Numbered from the stretch's first letter, positions 26,458-36,011 are shown. The stretch is DNA of 64,000 nt from Candidatus Micrarchaeia archaeon (GCA_049966395.1 JBMFUT010000002.1:10583-74582); one strand, 5' to 3'. Numbers and translations are program-made. The notes: generated by a model from the letters alone, not told the origin.

Positions 26458-28854
26458 ATGCCAGCGGCAGAATTCAAGGGCATGAAAGTTGAAGAAGCGA
26501 TGAAAAAGCTTTCATGTACCGCGGAGGGACTCAAAAGCGAAGAGGCTCAGAAGAGGCTCGCGTCATATGGTGCAAACGAAATACCCTCTAAGAAGAAGAG
26601 CATGGTCCTTCTTTTTCTGAGCAAGTTCTATGGCCCTATACCAATAATGCTCTGGCTCATAATAGTGATATCATACCTGCTGGGCCACATGGTAGACTTT
26701 TATGTTGTGCTTGCGCTGCTCTTTTTCAATTCTATAGTCTCTTTTGCGGAGGAATACAAGGCAGACTCTTCGATAGAAATGCTCAAGAAGAGGCTAGTTG
26801 TCAAGGCAAGGGTCCTGCGCTCAGGATCTTGGATAGAGATAGACGCTAAATACGTCGTTCCGGGAGACATAATGAGGGTGCGGCTAGGCGACATCGTAGC
26901 CGCCGATGCGAAGGTAATAGAGCCTGAAGGACTCGAGGCAAATGAAGCTGCGCTTACCGGAGAATCAATGCCTGTTGCAAAGTCAAAGTCTGATATGCTT
27001 TATACGGGCTCTTCAATAACCCATGGCGAGGGAACGTGCGTAGTTGTTGCAACTGGGATAAACACTTACTATGGCAAGACGGCGAAGCTTGTAGAGGAGG
27101 CAAGGCCGAGGTCGCACCTTGAGGATACGATAATGTCTATAGTAAAGTACCTGGTAGCGGCAGACCTGGCAATAGTGCTCCTGATGTTCGCATATGGAGT
27201 AATTGTGCTGCATTCCGAGATAGCGATACTGCTTCCATTTTCTCTAGTGGTGATACTCGCTTCAGTTCCGGTGGCGCTGCCTGCCGCATTCACTGTAGCT
27301 ATGGCGCTCGGGACAGAGAGGCTTGCCAATAGGCATGTGCTCATAACAAAACTAGAGGCGCTTGAGGAAACTTCCAACATGAATGTGCTGTGCCTTGACA
27401 AGACAGGCACAATAACCGAAAACAAGATTTTCGTCGAGCAAATGAGTGCGACGGGCTGCGGCGAGGAAGAGCTTGCAAGGTTTGCCGCCGAAGCCTCGAG
27501 GGCGGAAGATAAAGACCCCATAGACGCCGCAATGCTGGAAAAGGCAAAGGCGATGGGAGTAGAGCAGGGCAAGCAGATAAAATTCGTGCCTTTCGATCCT
27601 AGCTCAAAGAGAACAGAAGCCGAAATATCATTTGGCAAAGCTATCTATCGCGTTTCAAAAGGCGCGCCGCAGGTAATCGCGCAGCTTTGCAAACTAGGCA
27701 CCTCTGAGCTTAAGAAATTGAATTCGATAGTAGAGAAGTATTCTTCTTCTGGCTTCAGGAGCATAGCTGTTGCAAAGCAGTCAAATGGCAAGTGGCGCCT
27801 CATGGGTGTTGTTGCGCTTTCAGACAGGATAAAGCCCGACTCCCAAAAGTTTATAAGGGAACTAATATCTCTGGGCATAAGGCCGAAGATGCTTACAGGC
27901 GACAACATTGCGGTGGCTGAGCAGGTTGCGTCTGAGCTGAATCTTGGCAAGAATGTTCTCGATGCATCATCATTCGATAGGCTCACCGAAAAGGAAATGG
28001 CGATTGCTGCTGAAAACACCGACGTCTTTGCAGGCATATATCCGTCAGACAAGTACAAAATAGTGAAGGCGCTGCAACAGCGCAAGTACCTTGTTGGAAT
28101 GACAGGAGACGGAATAAATGATGCGCCAGCCATAAAGCAGGCGGAGGTAGGCATCGCGGTGGAGAATGCCACAGACGTGGCAAAAAGCACGGCCGACCTG
28201 GTGCTCACAAGGAACGGCATCGACGTCATTGTCGAGGCAATAAAGGAAAGCAGGAGGATATTCGAGAGAATGCTTACCTATACTATGGTAAAAATAGCAA
28301 GAGTGATACAGATAGTAGGGTTCATAGCCATAATCTACCTTGCCTTAGGATTTCTGCCAGTACTCTCGCTGCAGCTTATACTGCTCATATTTACCAATGA
28401 CCTCATAAACATATCTATAGCGACAGACAATGTAAGCTTCTCAAAGAGACCTACCGAATGGGACGTCAAGCAGATAACCTACGCCTCTTCGATTTTCGGC
28501 GTGCTGCTCGTGTTAGGCGCGCTCTCGCTTTCATATATTGACATCGCTATCCTGCACCTGAGTACGGCAGAATTCCAAACTACAATATTCCTGATGTTCG
28601 TGGTGACAGACAAGCTCGTGCTCTTCAACATAAGAACAAGGGACGCTCTGGCGTGGCGCATAAGGCCAAGCTCCACTCTCACAATAGCTGCTTTGGTAGG
28701 GATAACTGCGGGTATAGTACTTTCTTACTTTGGAATACTGATGGCAAGAATAAGCGCATTGGCCCTTGCGGCGGTACTACTGGTGTCTCTTGCGTTTTTC
28801 GTCATTACAGAATACGCCAAGCCAGCGATTTTCAAGAAGTTTGGTATATTATGA
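26458..28854 (+). CDS. P-type ATPase, plasma-membrane H+-ATPase-like (type III) cation pump
   Basis: 798 aa. Motifs: LTGESMPV, phosphorylation site CLDKTGTITENK, KGAPQVI, MLTGDNIAVA and GMTGDGINDAPAIKQAEVGIAV. The ion specificity is inferred only. Confidence 0.85.
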   Translation: MPAAEFKGMKVEEAMKKLSCTAEGLKSEEAQKRLASYGANEIPSKKKSMVLLFLSKFYGPIPIMLWLIIVISYLLGHMVDFYVVLALLFFNSIVSFAEEYKADSSIEMLKKRLVVKARVLRSGSWIEIDAKYVVPGDIMRVRLGDIVAADAKVIEPEGLEANEAALTGESMPVAKSKSDMLYTGSSITHGEGTCVVVATGINTYYGKTAKLVEEARPRSHLEDTIMSIVKYLVAADLAIVLLMFAYGVIVLHSEIAILLPFSLVVILASVPVALPAAFTVAMALGTERLANRHVLITKLEALEETSNMNVLCLDKTGTITENKIFVEQMSATGCGEEELARFAAEASRAEDKDPIDAAMLEKAKAMGVEQGKQIKFVPFDPSSKRTEAEISFGKAIYRVSKGAPQVIAQLCKLGTSELKKLNSIVEKYSSSGFRSIAVAKQSNGKWRLMGVVALSDRIKPDSQKFIRELISLGIRPKMLTGDNIAVAEQVASELNLGKNVLDASSFDRLTEKEMAIAAENTDVFAGIYPSDKYKIVKALQQRKYLVGMTGDGINDAPAIKQAEVGIAVENATDVAKSTADLVLTRNGIDVIVEAIKESRRIFERMLTYTMVKIARVIQIVGFIAIIYLALGFLPVLSLQLILLIFTNDLINISIATDNVSFSKRPTEWDVKQITYASSIFGVLLVLGALSLSYIDIAILHLSTAEFQTTIFLMFVVTDKLVLFNIRTRDALAWRIRPSSTLTIAALVGITAGIVLSYFGILMARISALALAAVLLVSLAFFVITEYAKPAIFKKFGIL

Positions 28855-29751
28855 GCTGGGTCTGTTTACCTTCTTCTCTATCTCTATGAGGAGGTCTATT
28901 ATGAACCCCGCTATTATAGACAATATGCCTATCACTACAAGCATGAAAGCCATGAGCGCCCTGCCTATCCAGGTGAAAGTGCCCGTAGCAAGGAAATTCA
29001 GTATGACCATACTTCCTAGCGCCACTCCAGCAATTATCAGCGCAAGCCCTAATCCCCCGAAAACCAGCAGCGGATTGTAGTCTCTCGCTAGCCTTATTAT
29101 GTGAGAAGCCACATTGACACCATAAAGCAGTTTGGATCTTGTAAGCTTAGATTCTCCGTAATTCCTTGGATAGTAACTGATTGGTATATCAACTATTTTA
29201 AATCCTCTCTTTGCGAGTTCTATAGAGAAGAAAGCATGACCCGCCCTGTAGGCGTCAATGTCCCTTATCGCATCAAGGGCTTTCCTGTTCATCACAAATA
29301 ACCCAACTAGAAAGTCGCCCACGTTAGTCTTGTATACCGCGTTGAAAAGCCGCGACAGGGCCTTGTTGCCGAATATCTGGTAGCGCTTCATGGATCCCTT
29401 TGTCAAGCCCCCGAGCCTGTTGCCGAGCACCAAATCCGCCTTGCCCGACTCTACTATCTTGACTCCTTCTAAAATTCCCCTCGGATCGTGGGTGCCATCT
29501 CCGTCTATGCTTGCCACTATGTCTCCATGGGTGTGCCTGAGCCCCAGCAGCACAGCTCTTTCCACTCCGCTGTCTTTCTGCCTTATTACTCTGGCTCCAG
29601 TGCTTTTTAGTCTTTCGTAATAGCTTCTGCTGCTTTTGTCCACTATTATTATTTCTACATTGCTACCGAGGAGTTTCCTTATCCTTTCCACAAGGCCGAA
29701 CACCGCCTCCTCTTCTATGGTCGGTATGACAACGCTTATCCTGCTTTTCAC
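28849..29751 (-). CDS. GT2 polyprenyl/dolichyl-phosphate glycosyltransferase (Dpm1-like) with C-terminal TM helices
   Basis: VVIPTIEEEAV...EIIIVDKSS...IDGDGTHDP, and two C-terminal hydrophobic helices. Confidence 0.8.
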   Translation of the reverse strand: MKSRISVVIPTIEEEAVFGLVERIRKLLGSNVEIIIVDKSSRSYYERLKSTGARVIRQKDSGVERAVLLGLRHTHGDIVASIDGDGTHDPRGILEGVKIVESGKADLVLGNRLGGLTKGSMKRYQIFGNKALSRLFNAVYKTNVGDFLVGLFVMNRKALDAIRDIDAYRAGHAFFSIELAKRGFKIVDIPISYYPRNYGESKLTRSKLLYGVNVASHIIRLARDYNPLLVFGGLGLALIIAGVALGSMVILNFLATGTFTWIGRALMAFMLVVIGILSIIAGFIIDLLIEIEKKVNRPSS

Positions 29752-30085
29752 AAAAGCACCACGGCAATCTGCAGCAAATGCCTCAATCTACTTCCAATTG
29801 AAAAATATAAATATGTGAATAAATATGCATATTATAGCGAATTGGCGGCTCTCCGCAAAGCATTATTGGTTTGCATATTACAATTCTAAACTTTCTATAG
29901 AACGGTGCTATGCCAATCCCAACTTAACGCATGCCTTAACAATGTGAGCGAGAAATCCCACACTCTTTAGCGGTGGTAAAATAATTCAACATAAGGGTGA
30001 AATTCCTGGTGCCGAATACCTGCACAAATACGGTATAAATCCCTTAGAGGCAAAGAGCATAATAGGCAACATTATAAAGGAAGAA

Positions 30086-30808
30086 ATGGAAATCGAAATA
30101 TCAGGCGTCGAGGAAAAAGTGATGGAAGATGCAAACCTCTACGCCATATTTAACGTCAAAATCATCGCAAATGGCGTGTCATATCCTATAAAACTCGCAT
30201 TTTCGATTACTGGCAACGGCAATATCGAAAAACTCAATGATTATTTCTCTGCGGTTATCTCGTCAATTGAAGAGATCTTGTCGCCAACGCTTGGCAAAGA
30301 GATTGTGAAGCCATTTGTCGCAGATCTAAAGGAAAGCACTGCCAAATTTTTGAGCGGGTATGGCAACCAGCCAGTAGGGTGGTACATAGAAGCAGGTAAC
30401 AACATATACTACAGCAGGTACACCTACATATCAATAGCAGATAAAGACGTTGTAAACAGTCTCATGTCTATACTAAAGTCTTCCACAGGCAACGCGTCAA
30501 GTGCACTTAAAGATGGCAGCATATTTACAGAGCTTATACCAACCGGTTCGACTTTGCAAGCAATTAGCATATGCAAGAATATGCATGTTAACTTGCCTTC
30601 GCACGCAATAAGAATAGATGCAAGGTCCAGGCTTGCTGATGAGGCAAAAGTTTTTACAAGCCTTCTTTTGGCATTGGATGTGATAGCAGCTGTTGATCTT
30701 TCACAGCGCAATATTGAATACACCACAGGCATAATGCACAACGCGTATCGGCAGTTCCAAGACGCAATGAAAAAGTCAAAAAGGGAAGACCTGCCAGGGT
30801 ATCAATAG
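30086..30808 (+). CDS. hypothetical protein
   Basis: 240-aa ORF with no recognisable motif. The in-frame open region upstream (from 29948) has no start codon. Confidence 0.4.
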   Translation: MEIEISGVEEKVMEDANLYAIFNVKIIANGVSYPIKLAFSITGNGNIEKLNDYFSAVISSIEEILSPTLGKEIVKPFVADLKESTAKFLSGYGNQPVGWYIEAGNNIYYSRYTYISIADKDVVNSLMSILKSSTGNASSALKDGSIFTELIPTGSTLQAISICKNMHVNLPSHAIRIDARSRLADEAKVFTSLLLALDVIAAVDLSQRNIEYTTGIMHNAYRQFQDAMKKSKREDLPGYQ

Positions 30809-30814
30809 TTTAAG

Positions 30815-30887
30815 TGCGACCGCCGGGATTCGAACCCGGGTCTTTGCCTTGGAGGGGCAAAGTCCTACCAGGCTAGACTACGATCGC
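30815..30887 (-). tRNA. tRNA-Gly (anticodon UCC) with C instead of U at position 33
   Basis: Manual fold of the minus strand: acceptor GCGAUCG/CGGUCGC with A73, D arm GUCU-AGCCUGGUA-GGAC, anticodon stem UUGCC/GGCAA, loop CCUCCAA, and T arm CCGGG-UUCGAAU-CCCGG. Length 73 nt. Confidence 0.8.
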
Positions 30888-31282
30888 GCAGATAATATAT
30901 ATTTCAAAAAGTTTATAATCCATTACAAGAAAACTGTGGCCTTCAGGCCGCTGATAAATTGTCCATTGCAGGTTAAGTTAATGGAGATAAATATATAAAT
31001 ATAGACTGCAATCCAATATTTTAGATGCATAAGGGCTTCGAGGCCACAAAATGCAAAGGAACGCCTCGCAACCTGTTCGCCGATACCGCGTATGACAGCT
31101 AGAAAAGGCAGACTGCAAAGTATATAAATACTTCTGCTCATAATACTTCCTTATATATGCAGTTAAAGAAGGATGTGCTTTACGGCAGGGCTTGACTGCA
31201 TTCGCCCAACGAGGGCGCTAAGCAGGCTCAAAAATCCAAATACTTTAGCTGTGATAGGCACTGGAAATTGCTAGATGATCTT

Positions 31283-31582
31283 ATGGCTGACCTTGGCAGA
31301 GACATAAGGCTTGCTGTGGACACCGGTAAGGTGGCCATAGGCGCAAAAGAAGCCGCTAAAGCTATAAACGCCGATTCGGCAAAGCTTGTGATCGTGGCTT
31401 CGAGAGGGATGAAGGAAGCCGTAGCAGACATGCTTCACACATGCAAGGTCGCAGGCGTGAAAGTAATAAAGTTCGAAGGCAGTGCCATGGAATTGGGAGC
31501 AACGTGCGGCAAGCCGTACTCAATAAACGCAATGGCAGTGCTGGAGCCTGGCAACTCAAACATACTTAGCGAAAACTATTAA
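31283..31582 (+). CDS. rpl30e: ribosomal protein L30e (eL30)
   Basis: MADLGRDIRLAVDTGKVAIGAKEAAKAINADSAKLVIVAS...GATCGKPYSINAMAVLEPGNSNIL. An alternative TTG start lies at 31268. Confidence 0.85.
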   Translation: MADLGRDIRLAVDTGKVAIGAKEAAKAINADSAKLVIVASRGMKEAVADMLHTCKVAGVKVIKFEGSAMELGATCGKPYSINAMAVLEPGNSNILSENY

Positions 31583-31595
31583 CAAAAGTGATTTA

Positions 31596-32024
31596 TTGGC
31601 GAAGGGAGAATTTGCTGCGAAGGTGCTCTCTAAGAAGAGGAAAGAGCAGCGTATGCTTAAAAAATGGTGGAAGAGGAAGCATTTCAAGCTGAAGCAGAAA
31701 TACGATCCTGTTGGCACAGTGCCTATGGCAAGGGCAATAGTGCTGCAGAAGTTCGCTTTGCAGCAGAAGCAGCCGCACAGCGGCCAGATAAAAGCCGTGA
31801 GGGTGCAGCTGATAAAGAACGGAAAAGTTGTAGGTGCCTACGTGCCTTACGATGGTGCAATAAGCTTCATAGACGAGCACGACGAGGTTACAATACAGGG
31901 CCTTGGAGGCTCGCAAAGAGGCCAGATGGGTTCGATACCAGGGCTCAAGTACAGAGTTATAGCAGTCAACGGTGCTGACCTTTTCGAAGTGGTCAAAGGC
32001 AAAAAGGAGAAGCCTAAGAGATGA
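31596..32024 (+). CDS. rps12: ribosomal protein S12 (uS12), TTG start, divergent decoding loop
   Basis: ...VRVQLIKNGKVVGAYVPYDGAISFIDEHDEVTIQGLGG...IPGLKYRVIAVNG...GKKEKPKR. The TTG start is supported by the conserved N-terminal GEFAAKVLSKKRK. Confidence 0.9.
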   Translation: MAKGEFAAKVLSKKRKEQRMLKKWWKRKHFKLKQKYDPVGTVPMARAIVLQKFALQQKQPHSGQIKAVRVQLIKNGKVVGAYVPYDGAISFIDEHDEVTIQGLGGSQRGQMGSIPGLKYRVIAVNGADLFEVVKGKKEKPKR

Positions 32025-32797
32025 TGATTATGGATCAAGCAGAGAGCAACAACGCAAAAGCTGCAGAAGCGGCACAGGCGCCAGCGCCTGAAGCAGCAGC
32101 CCCCGCAGCACCAAAGAAGAGACAGAGGAAGCAGGCTGCGGCAAAGGAAGTGCCTTCTGAAAAGGCGGAGAAGCCGCAGAAGGCAAAAGTGCAGAGCATT
32201 CTGCTTTTCGACAAGTACAGCTTCGACGATATAGTTGTTGAGGACAGGAGCCTCGCGGAATACATGAACATGAGTGTGAGAAGATACCCTAACATATACG
32301 GCAGGAGGAAAAATCACGCCTATTACACATCCCACATAAACATCGTCGAAAGGCTTGTAAACAAGCTGATGAGGGGAGGCACAGGGCGCAAAGTTGGCGG
32401 CAAGGTCATAAGAACTGAAGGAAGGCTGCAGGGCAAGAAAATAAAGACAATGCACATAGTTGAGGATGCATTCGACATAATAAACAGCAAGACTGGAAAG
32501 AATCCTCTCCAGAAGTTCATAGAGGCGCTGGAGCACGCCGCACCTATAGAAGACACTACAAGAGTAAGATACGGAGGCATAACTTATAATGTTGCCGTGG
32601 ACATAAGCTCAAAAAGGAGGGTCGACGTCGCGCTGAAGAACATAGCCCTGGCGGCAATAACCGGCGGCTTCAACAGCAGGAAGAGCATTTCTGAGGCTCT
32701 GGCAGACGAGATAATACTCGCAGCTAATGGAGATCCAAACAGCTATGCAATAAAGAAGCGCACTGACGCGGAAAGGATGGCAAGAAGCGCAAGATAA
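32021..32797 (+). CDS. rps7: ribosomal protein S7 (uS7) with a ~58-aa low-complexity N-terminal extension
   Basis: Core motifs IVERLVNKLMR, TGKNPLQKFIEALEHAAPIEDTTRVRYGGITYNVAVDISSKRRVDVALKNI and the terminal ERMARSAR. The start overlaps the S12 stop (ATGATGA). Confidence 0.9.
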   Translation: MMIMDQAESNNAKAAEAAQAPAPEAAAPAAPKKRQRKQAAAKEVPSEKAEKPQKAKVQSILLFDKYSFDDIVVEDRSLAEYMNMSVRRYPNIYGRRKNHAYYTSHINIVERLVNKLMRGGTGRKVGGKVIRTEGRLQGKKIKTMHIVEDAFDIINSKTGKNPLQKFIEALEHAAPIEDTTRVRYGGITYNVAVDISSKRRVDVALKNIALAAITGGFNSRKSISEALADEIILAANGDPNSYAIKKRTDAERMARSAR

Positions 32798-32811
32798 AGA
32801 TAGTGGTTCTT

Positions 32812-35004
32812 ATGGTAAGAAAAGAGTTTGTGGCTGAAGAGGCAGCTCACATAATGAGAAACATAAGCAAGATCAGGAACGTAGCCATAATAGCGCACGT
32901 CCACCACGGAAAGACGACGCTGACAGACTCTCTGCTGGCAAAGGCGGGCATAATAGCAAAGACTGTTGCAGGGGAAGTGCTGTATACTAATTACGACGTC
33001 ATAGAGAAGGACAGGCGCATGACAATAAAATCCGCAAACATATCACTTGCCTTTTCTTACAACAATGAAGATTACATAATAAACCTGATAGACACGCCGG
33101 GTCACGTTGATTTCGGAGGCCACGTCACAAGGTCGATGAGGGCTGTGGATGGAGTAGTGCTTGTTGTAGACCCAGTGGAAGGCATAATGCCTCAGACAGA
33201 AACAGTGCTGAGGCAGGCGCTGAAGGAGCGCGCCAAGCCAGTGCTTTTCATAAACAAGGTGGACAGGCTTCTTAACGAGCTGAGGCTGAACCAGGACCAG
33301 GTTTACGAAAGGCTTCTTGCGCTTATAAACGAGGTAAATTCTCTGATAGACAGGTATGTGCCAGACGAATTTGCTGGAAAGTGGCACGTAAGCGTCGAGA
33401 ACGGAAGCGTGTGCATAGGATCTGCCTACAAGAAGTGGGCATTGTCAATAAAGATGATGCAGCGCTACAAGGTAACTTTCAAGGACATTTACGAATACAC
33501 TGCAAAGAACGACGAGGAAAAGCTCCAGGAGGTTGCGCCTATAGAAGAGGCGGTTCTCTCGATGATAATAGAGCACCTGCCACCGCCAAGCGAGGCGCAG
33601 CGCTACAGGATACCGCAAATATGGCATGGAGACATAAACAGCGACATAGGCAAGGCGATGGTAAATGTAGATGCCAACGCCCCAGCTTGCATTGCAATAT
33701 TCGGCATAGTCTACGACCAGCACAGCGGAGAGGTTGCTATAGGAAGGGTCTTCAGCGGCACTGTCAAAAAGGGTACAGAGTTATACGTTTCGGGGAAGCC
33801 AGATCCACAGCGCGTCCAGCTTGTCGGAATATTCATGGGCCCTGATAGGGTCACAGTGGACAGCATATCTGCCGGCAACATAGCCGCGATAGTAGGCATA
33901 AAAGATGTTTCAATAGGCGACACTGCAAGCGAGGTAGTAATTGAGCCATTCGAGCAAATAAAGCACTATTCGCCTCCTGTGGTTACCAAAGCCATAGAGG
34001 CAAAGGATACAAAGGACACCATGAAGCTCATAGAGGCTTTGAGAGAGCTTTCTAAATCTGACCCCACGCTGGTAGTGGAAATAGACCAGGAGACAGGCGA
34101 GCACAAAATAAGCGGAATGGGCGAGCTTCATCTTGACGTTATAGAGACAAAAATACGCGACGCATATGGAATTCCGATAGTGACGAGCGAGCCTATTGTG
34201 GTTTATAGGGAAACAATTGAGAAGGAAGTAAAAGACATAGAAGGCAAAGCGCCTAACAAGCATTCCAGATTCTATGTAAACGTAGCACCTCTTGAGCAGG
34301 GAGTTATAGACCTTATAGAAAACGGCACCCTAAAGGAGGGCAGGCCAAAGGGAAAGCAGTATGTCGACGCTCTCATAGAAGCAGGGCTGTCAAGGGAAGA
34401 GGCAAAGGGAGTGGAGGACATATCAAACAGGAGCATGCTCATAGACGCAACGCACGGAGTGCAATACATGAACGAAGTCATGGAGCTGCTTATAGAAGGT
34501 TTCGAAGAGGCAATGAACGACGGGCCTCTCGCAAGGGAAAAATGTTCTGGTATAAAGGTCTCAATAACAGATGCCACGATACACGAAGATCCGGTGCACA
34601 GAGGTCCGGCGCAGATTATACCTGCAATGAGAAGGCCCATATACGCCGGAATGCTAACTGCGGGGGTTGTGCTTCTCGAGCCAAAGCAAAAATTCACTAT
34701 TAACGCTCCTCAAGAATACATGTCCGACATAATAGGCATGCTTCAGAGCAAGAGGGGGCAGATAATCGATATACAGCAGGAAAAAGAGCAGGTGACAATA
34801 GTAGCAAAGATGCCCGTGGCAGAAGTGATAAAGGGCTTCTCAGACGAAATGAGGAGTATAACTAAGGGCAGGGCAATATGGTACCCAGAATATGCCGGCT
34901 ACGAAAAGATGCCGAAAGATTTGCAGGAGCAGGTAGTAAGGGAAATAAGGAAGAGGAAGGGACAGCCGCCGGAGCCTCCGGTGCCGAGCCAGTTCCTCGA
35001 CTGA
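32812..35004 (+). CDS. fusA: translation elongation factor 2 (aEF-2)
   Basis: G1 motif AHVHHGKTTLTDSLL, DTPGHVDF, NKVDR, and the diphthamide site HEDPVHRGPAQI. The start is taken at the ATG at 32812. Confidence 0.93.
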   Translation: MVRKEFVAEEAAHIMRNISKIRNVAIIAHVHHGKTTLTDSLLAKAGIIAKTVAGEVLYTNYDVIEKDRRMTIKSANISLAFSYNNEDYIINLIDTPGHVDFGGHVTRSMRAVDGVVLVVDPVEGIMPQTETVLRQALKERAKPVLFINKVDRLLNELRLNQDQVYERLLALINEVNSLIDRYVPDEFAGKWHVSVENGSVCIGSAYKKWALSIKMMQRYKVTFKDIYEYTAKNDEEKLQEVAPIEEAVLSMIIEHLPPPSEAQRYRIPQIWHGDINSDIGKAMVNVDANAPACIAIFGIVYDQHSGEVAIGRVFSGTVKKGTELYVSGKPDPQRVQLVGIFMGPDRVTVDSISAGNIAAIVGIKDVSIGDTASEVVIEPFEQIKHYSPPVVTKAIEAKDTKDTMKLIEALRELSKSDPTLVVEIDQETGEHKISGMGELHLDVIETKIRDAYGIPIVTSEPIVVYRETIEKEVKDIEGKAPNKHSRFYVNVAPLEQGVIDLIENGTLKEGRPKGKQYVDALIEAGLSREEAKGVEDISNRSMLIDATHGVQYMNEVMELLIEGFEEAMNDGPLAREKCSGIKVSITDATIHEDPVHRGPAQIIPAMRRPIYAGMLTAGVVLLEPKQKFTINAPQEYMSDIIGMLQSKRGQIIDIQQEKEQVTIVAKMPVAEVIKGFSDEMRSITKGRAIWYPEYAGYEKMPKDLQEQVVREIRKRKGQPPEPPVPSQFLD

Positions 35005-35090
35005 AACAAAATGCGAAGCAATAAGTATTTATATATACTCATTCAAATAGGAAACCACTGATTGTTCCACCAATGAGACGAGGTGCTGTA

Positions 35091-35552
35091 ATGGCAAAAT
35101 CATACGTGAAATTCGAAGTATCTAAAGAAGTGGCCGACAAGGCCTACGAGGCAGTGAGAGCAGCAAAGCAGAACGGGACAGTGAAGAAAGGGATGAACGA
35201 GACGACAAAGAGCATAGAACGCGGCCTTGCGAGCCTAGTTGTAATTGCCGAAGACGTCGAGCCAGAGGAAGTGGTAATGCACTTGCCAATGCTTTGCGAG
35301 CAGAAGAAGATTCCATTTGTTTATGTCCCTGCCAAGCTCAACCTGGGCAAGGCAATAGGACTAAACGTGGGCTGTGCTGCAGTTGCAATAGAAAAGATGG
35401 GCGCCGCCGAGCCTATGGTAAAAGAAATAGTCGCCAAGGTGACAGGAAAGCCTGCAACTTCGCAATCAAAGCCAGTTGGAGAAGAAGCTCCGAAGCAGGA
35501 GCAGAAGCCCAAGCAGCAAAAGCAGAAGCAAGAGCAAAAACCAGAAGCGTAA
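35091..35552 (+). CDS. rpl7ae: ribosomal protein L7Ae (K-turn binding) with a K/Q/E-rich C-terminal tail
   Basis: [64 protein letters not shown] lies 7 nt upstream of the ATG at 35091. The tail is ...[23 protein letters not shown]. Confidence 0.9.
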   Translation: MAKSYVKFEVSKEVADKAYEAVRAAKQNGTVKKGMNETTKSIERGLASLVVIAEDVEPEEVVMHLPMLCEQKKIPFVYVPAKLNLGKAIGLNVGCAAVAIEKMGAAEPMVKEIVAKVTGKPATSQSKPVGEEAPKQEQKPKQQKQKQEQKPEA

Positions 35553-35571
35553 ATTTGCAAGTGTGTTTTGA

Positions 35572-35802
35572 ATGGCTGAAGAGCAACAAAAATTTGCGGG
35601 ATACCTGGCAGAAGTAGTGGAAGTGCTCAAGGTAAGGACCGGCATATACGGCGAAATAAAGCAAATAATGTGCAAGATTCTCGAGGGCGACCGCGACAAG
35701 GGAAGGGTCATAAGGAGGAACGTGGTTGGCAAGGTGAAGGCAGGAGACATAATAAGGCTGCCTGACACTAGCAGAGAAGCGAGGGAGATAAAGGCAAGGT
35801 AG
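35572..35802 (+). CDS. rps28e: ribosomal protein S28e (eS28)
   Basis: [27 protein letters not shown]...[30 protein letters not shown]. Confidence 0.9.
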   Translation: MAEEQQKFAGYLAEVVEVLKVRTGIYGEIKQIMCKILEGDRDKGRVIRRNVVGKVKAGDIIRLPDTSREAREIKAR

Positions 35803-35810
35803 GTGTGCTC

Positions 35811-35981
35811 ATGAGATGCTCATACTGCCAGAAGGAAATAGAAAAGGGCACTGGCATAATGTTCGTGCGTAAGAACGGCTCTGTAAGGTACTATTGCTCT
35901 AATCGCTGTTTCAAGCGCGACAGGATGAGGATGAAGATAAACAAGAAGGAGATAGAGGAGAACCTAAAGCAAACGGCATAG
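35811..35981 (+). CDS. rpl24e: ribosomal protein L24e (eL24)
   Basis: 56-aa ORF below the ORF-track cutoff: [56 protein letters not shown]. It has the C-x2-C...C-x3-C zinc ribbon and GxGxxFVRxDG pattern of eL24, and it completes the conserved L7Ae-S28e-L24e operon. Confidence 0.85.
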   Translation: MRCSYCQKEIEKGTGIMFVRKNGSVRYYCSNRCFKRDRMRMKINKKEIEENLKQTA

Positions 35982-36011
35982 CGTTTGCCTAATCTCCTTA
36001 GGAGTGCTTCG

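Noticed and set aside
29948-30085. Upstream in-frame extension of the 30086 gene (…FSGGKIIQHKGEIPGAEYLHKYGINPLEAKSIIGNIIKEE)
   Set aside because: The frame is open for 46 codons, but it contains no ATG, GTG or TTG start. I did not extend the gene. It could indicate a degraded 5' end.
30923-31141. 72-aa minus ORF between tRNA-Gly and rpl30e
   Set aside because: It has no recognisable features or start context, so I treat it as intergenic. I also looked for box C/D (RUGAUGA…CUGA) pairs here and in the other intergenic regions and found none.
35413-35768. Minus-strand ORFs with poly-Leu runs (35466..35768, 35413..35664)
   Set aside because: They are the antisense of the K/Q/E-rich L7Ae tail and the S28e gene. 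This is a composition artefact.
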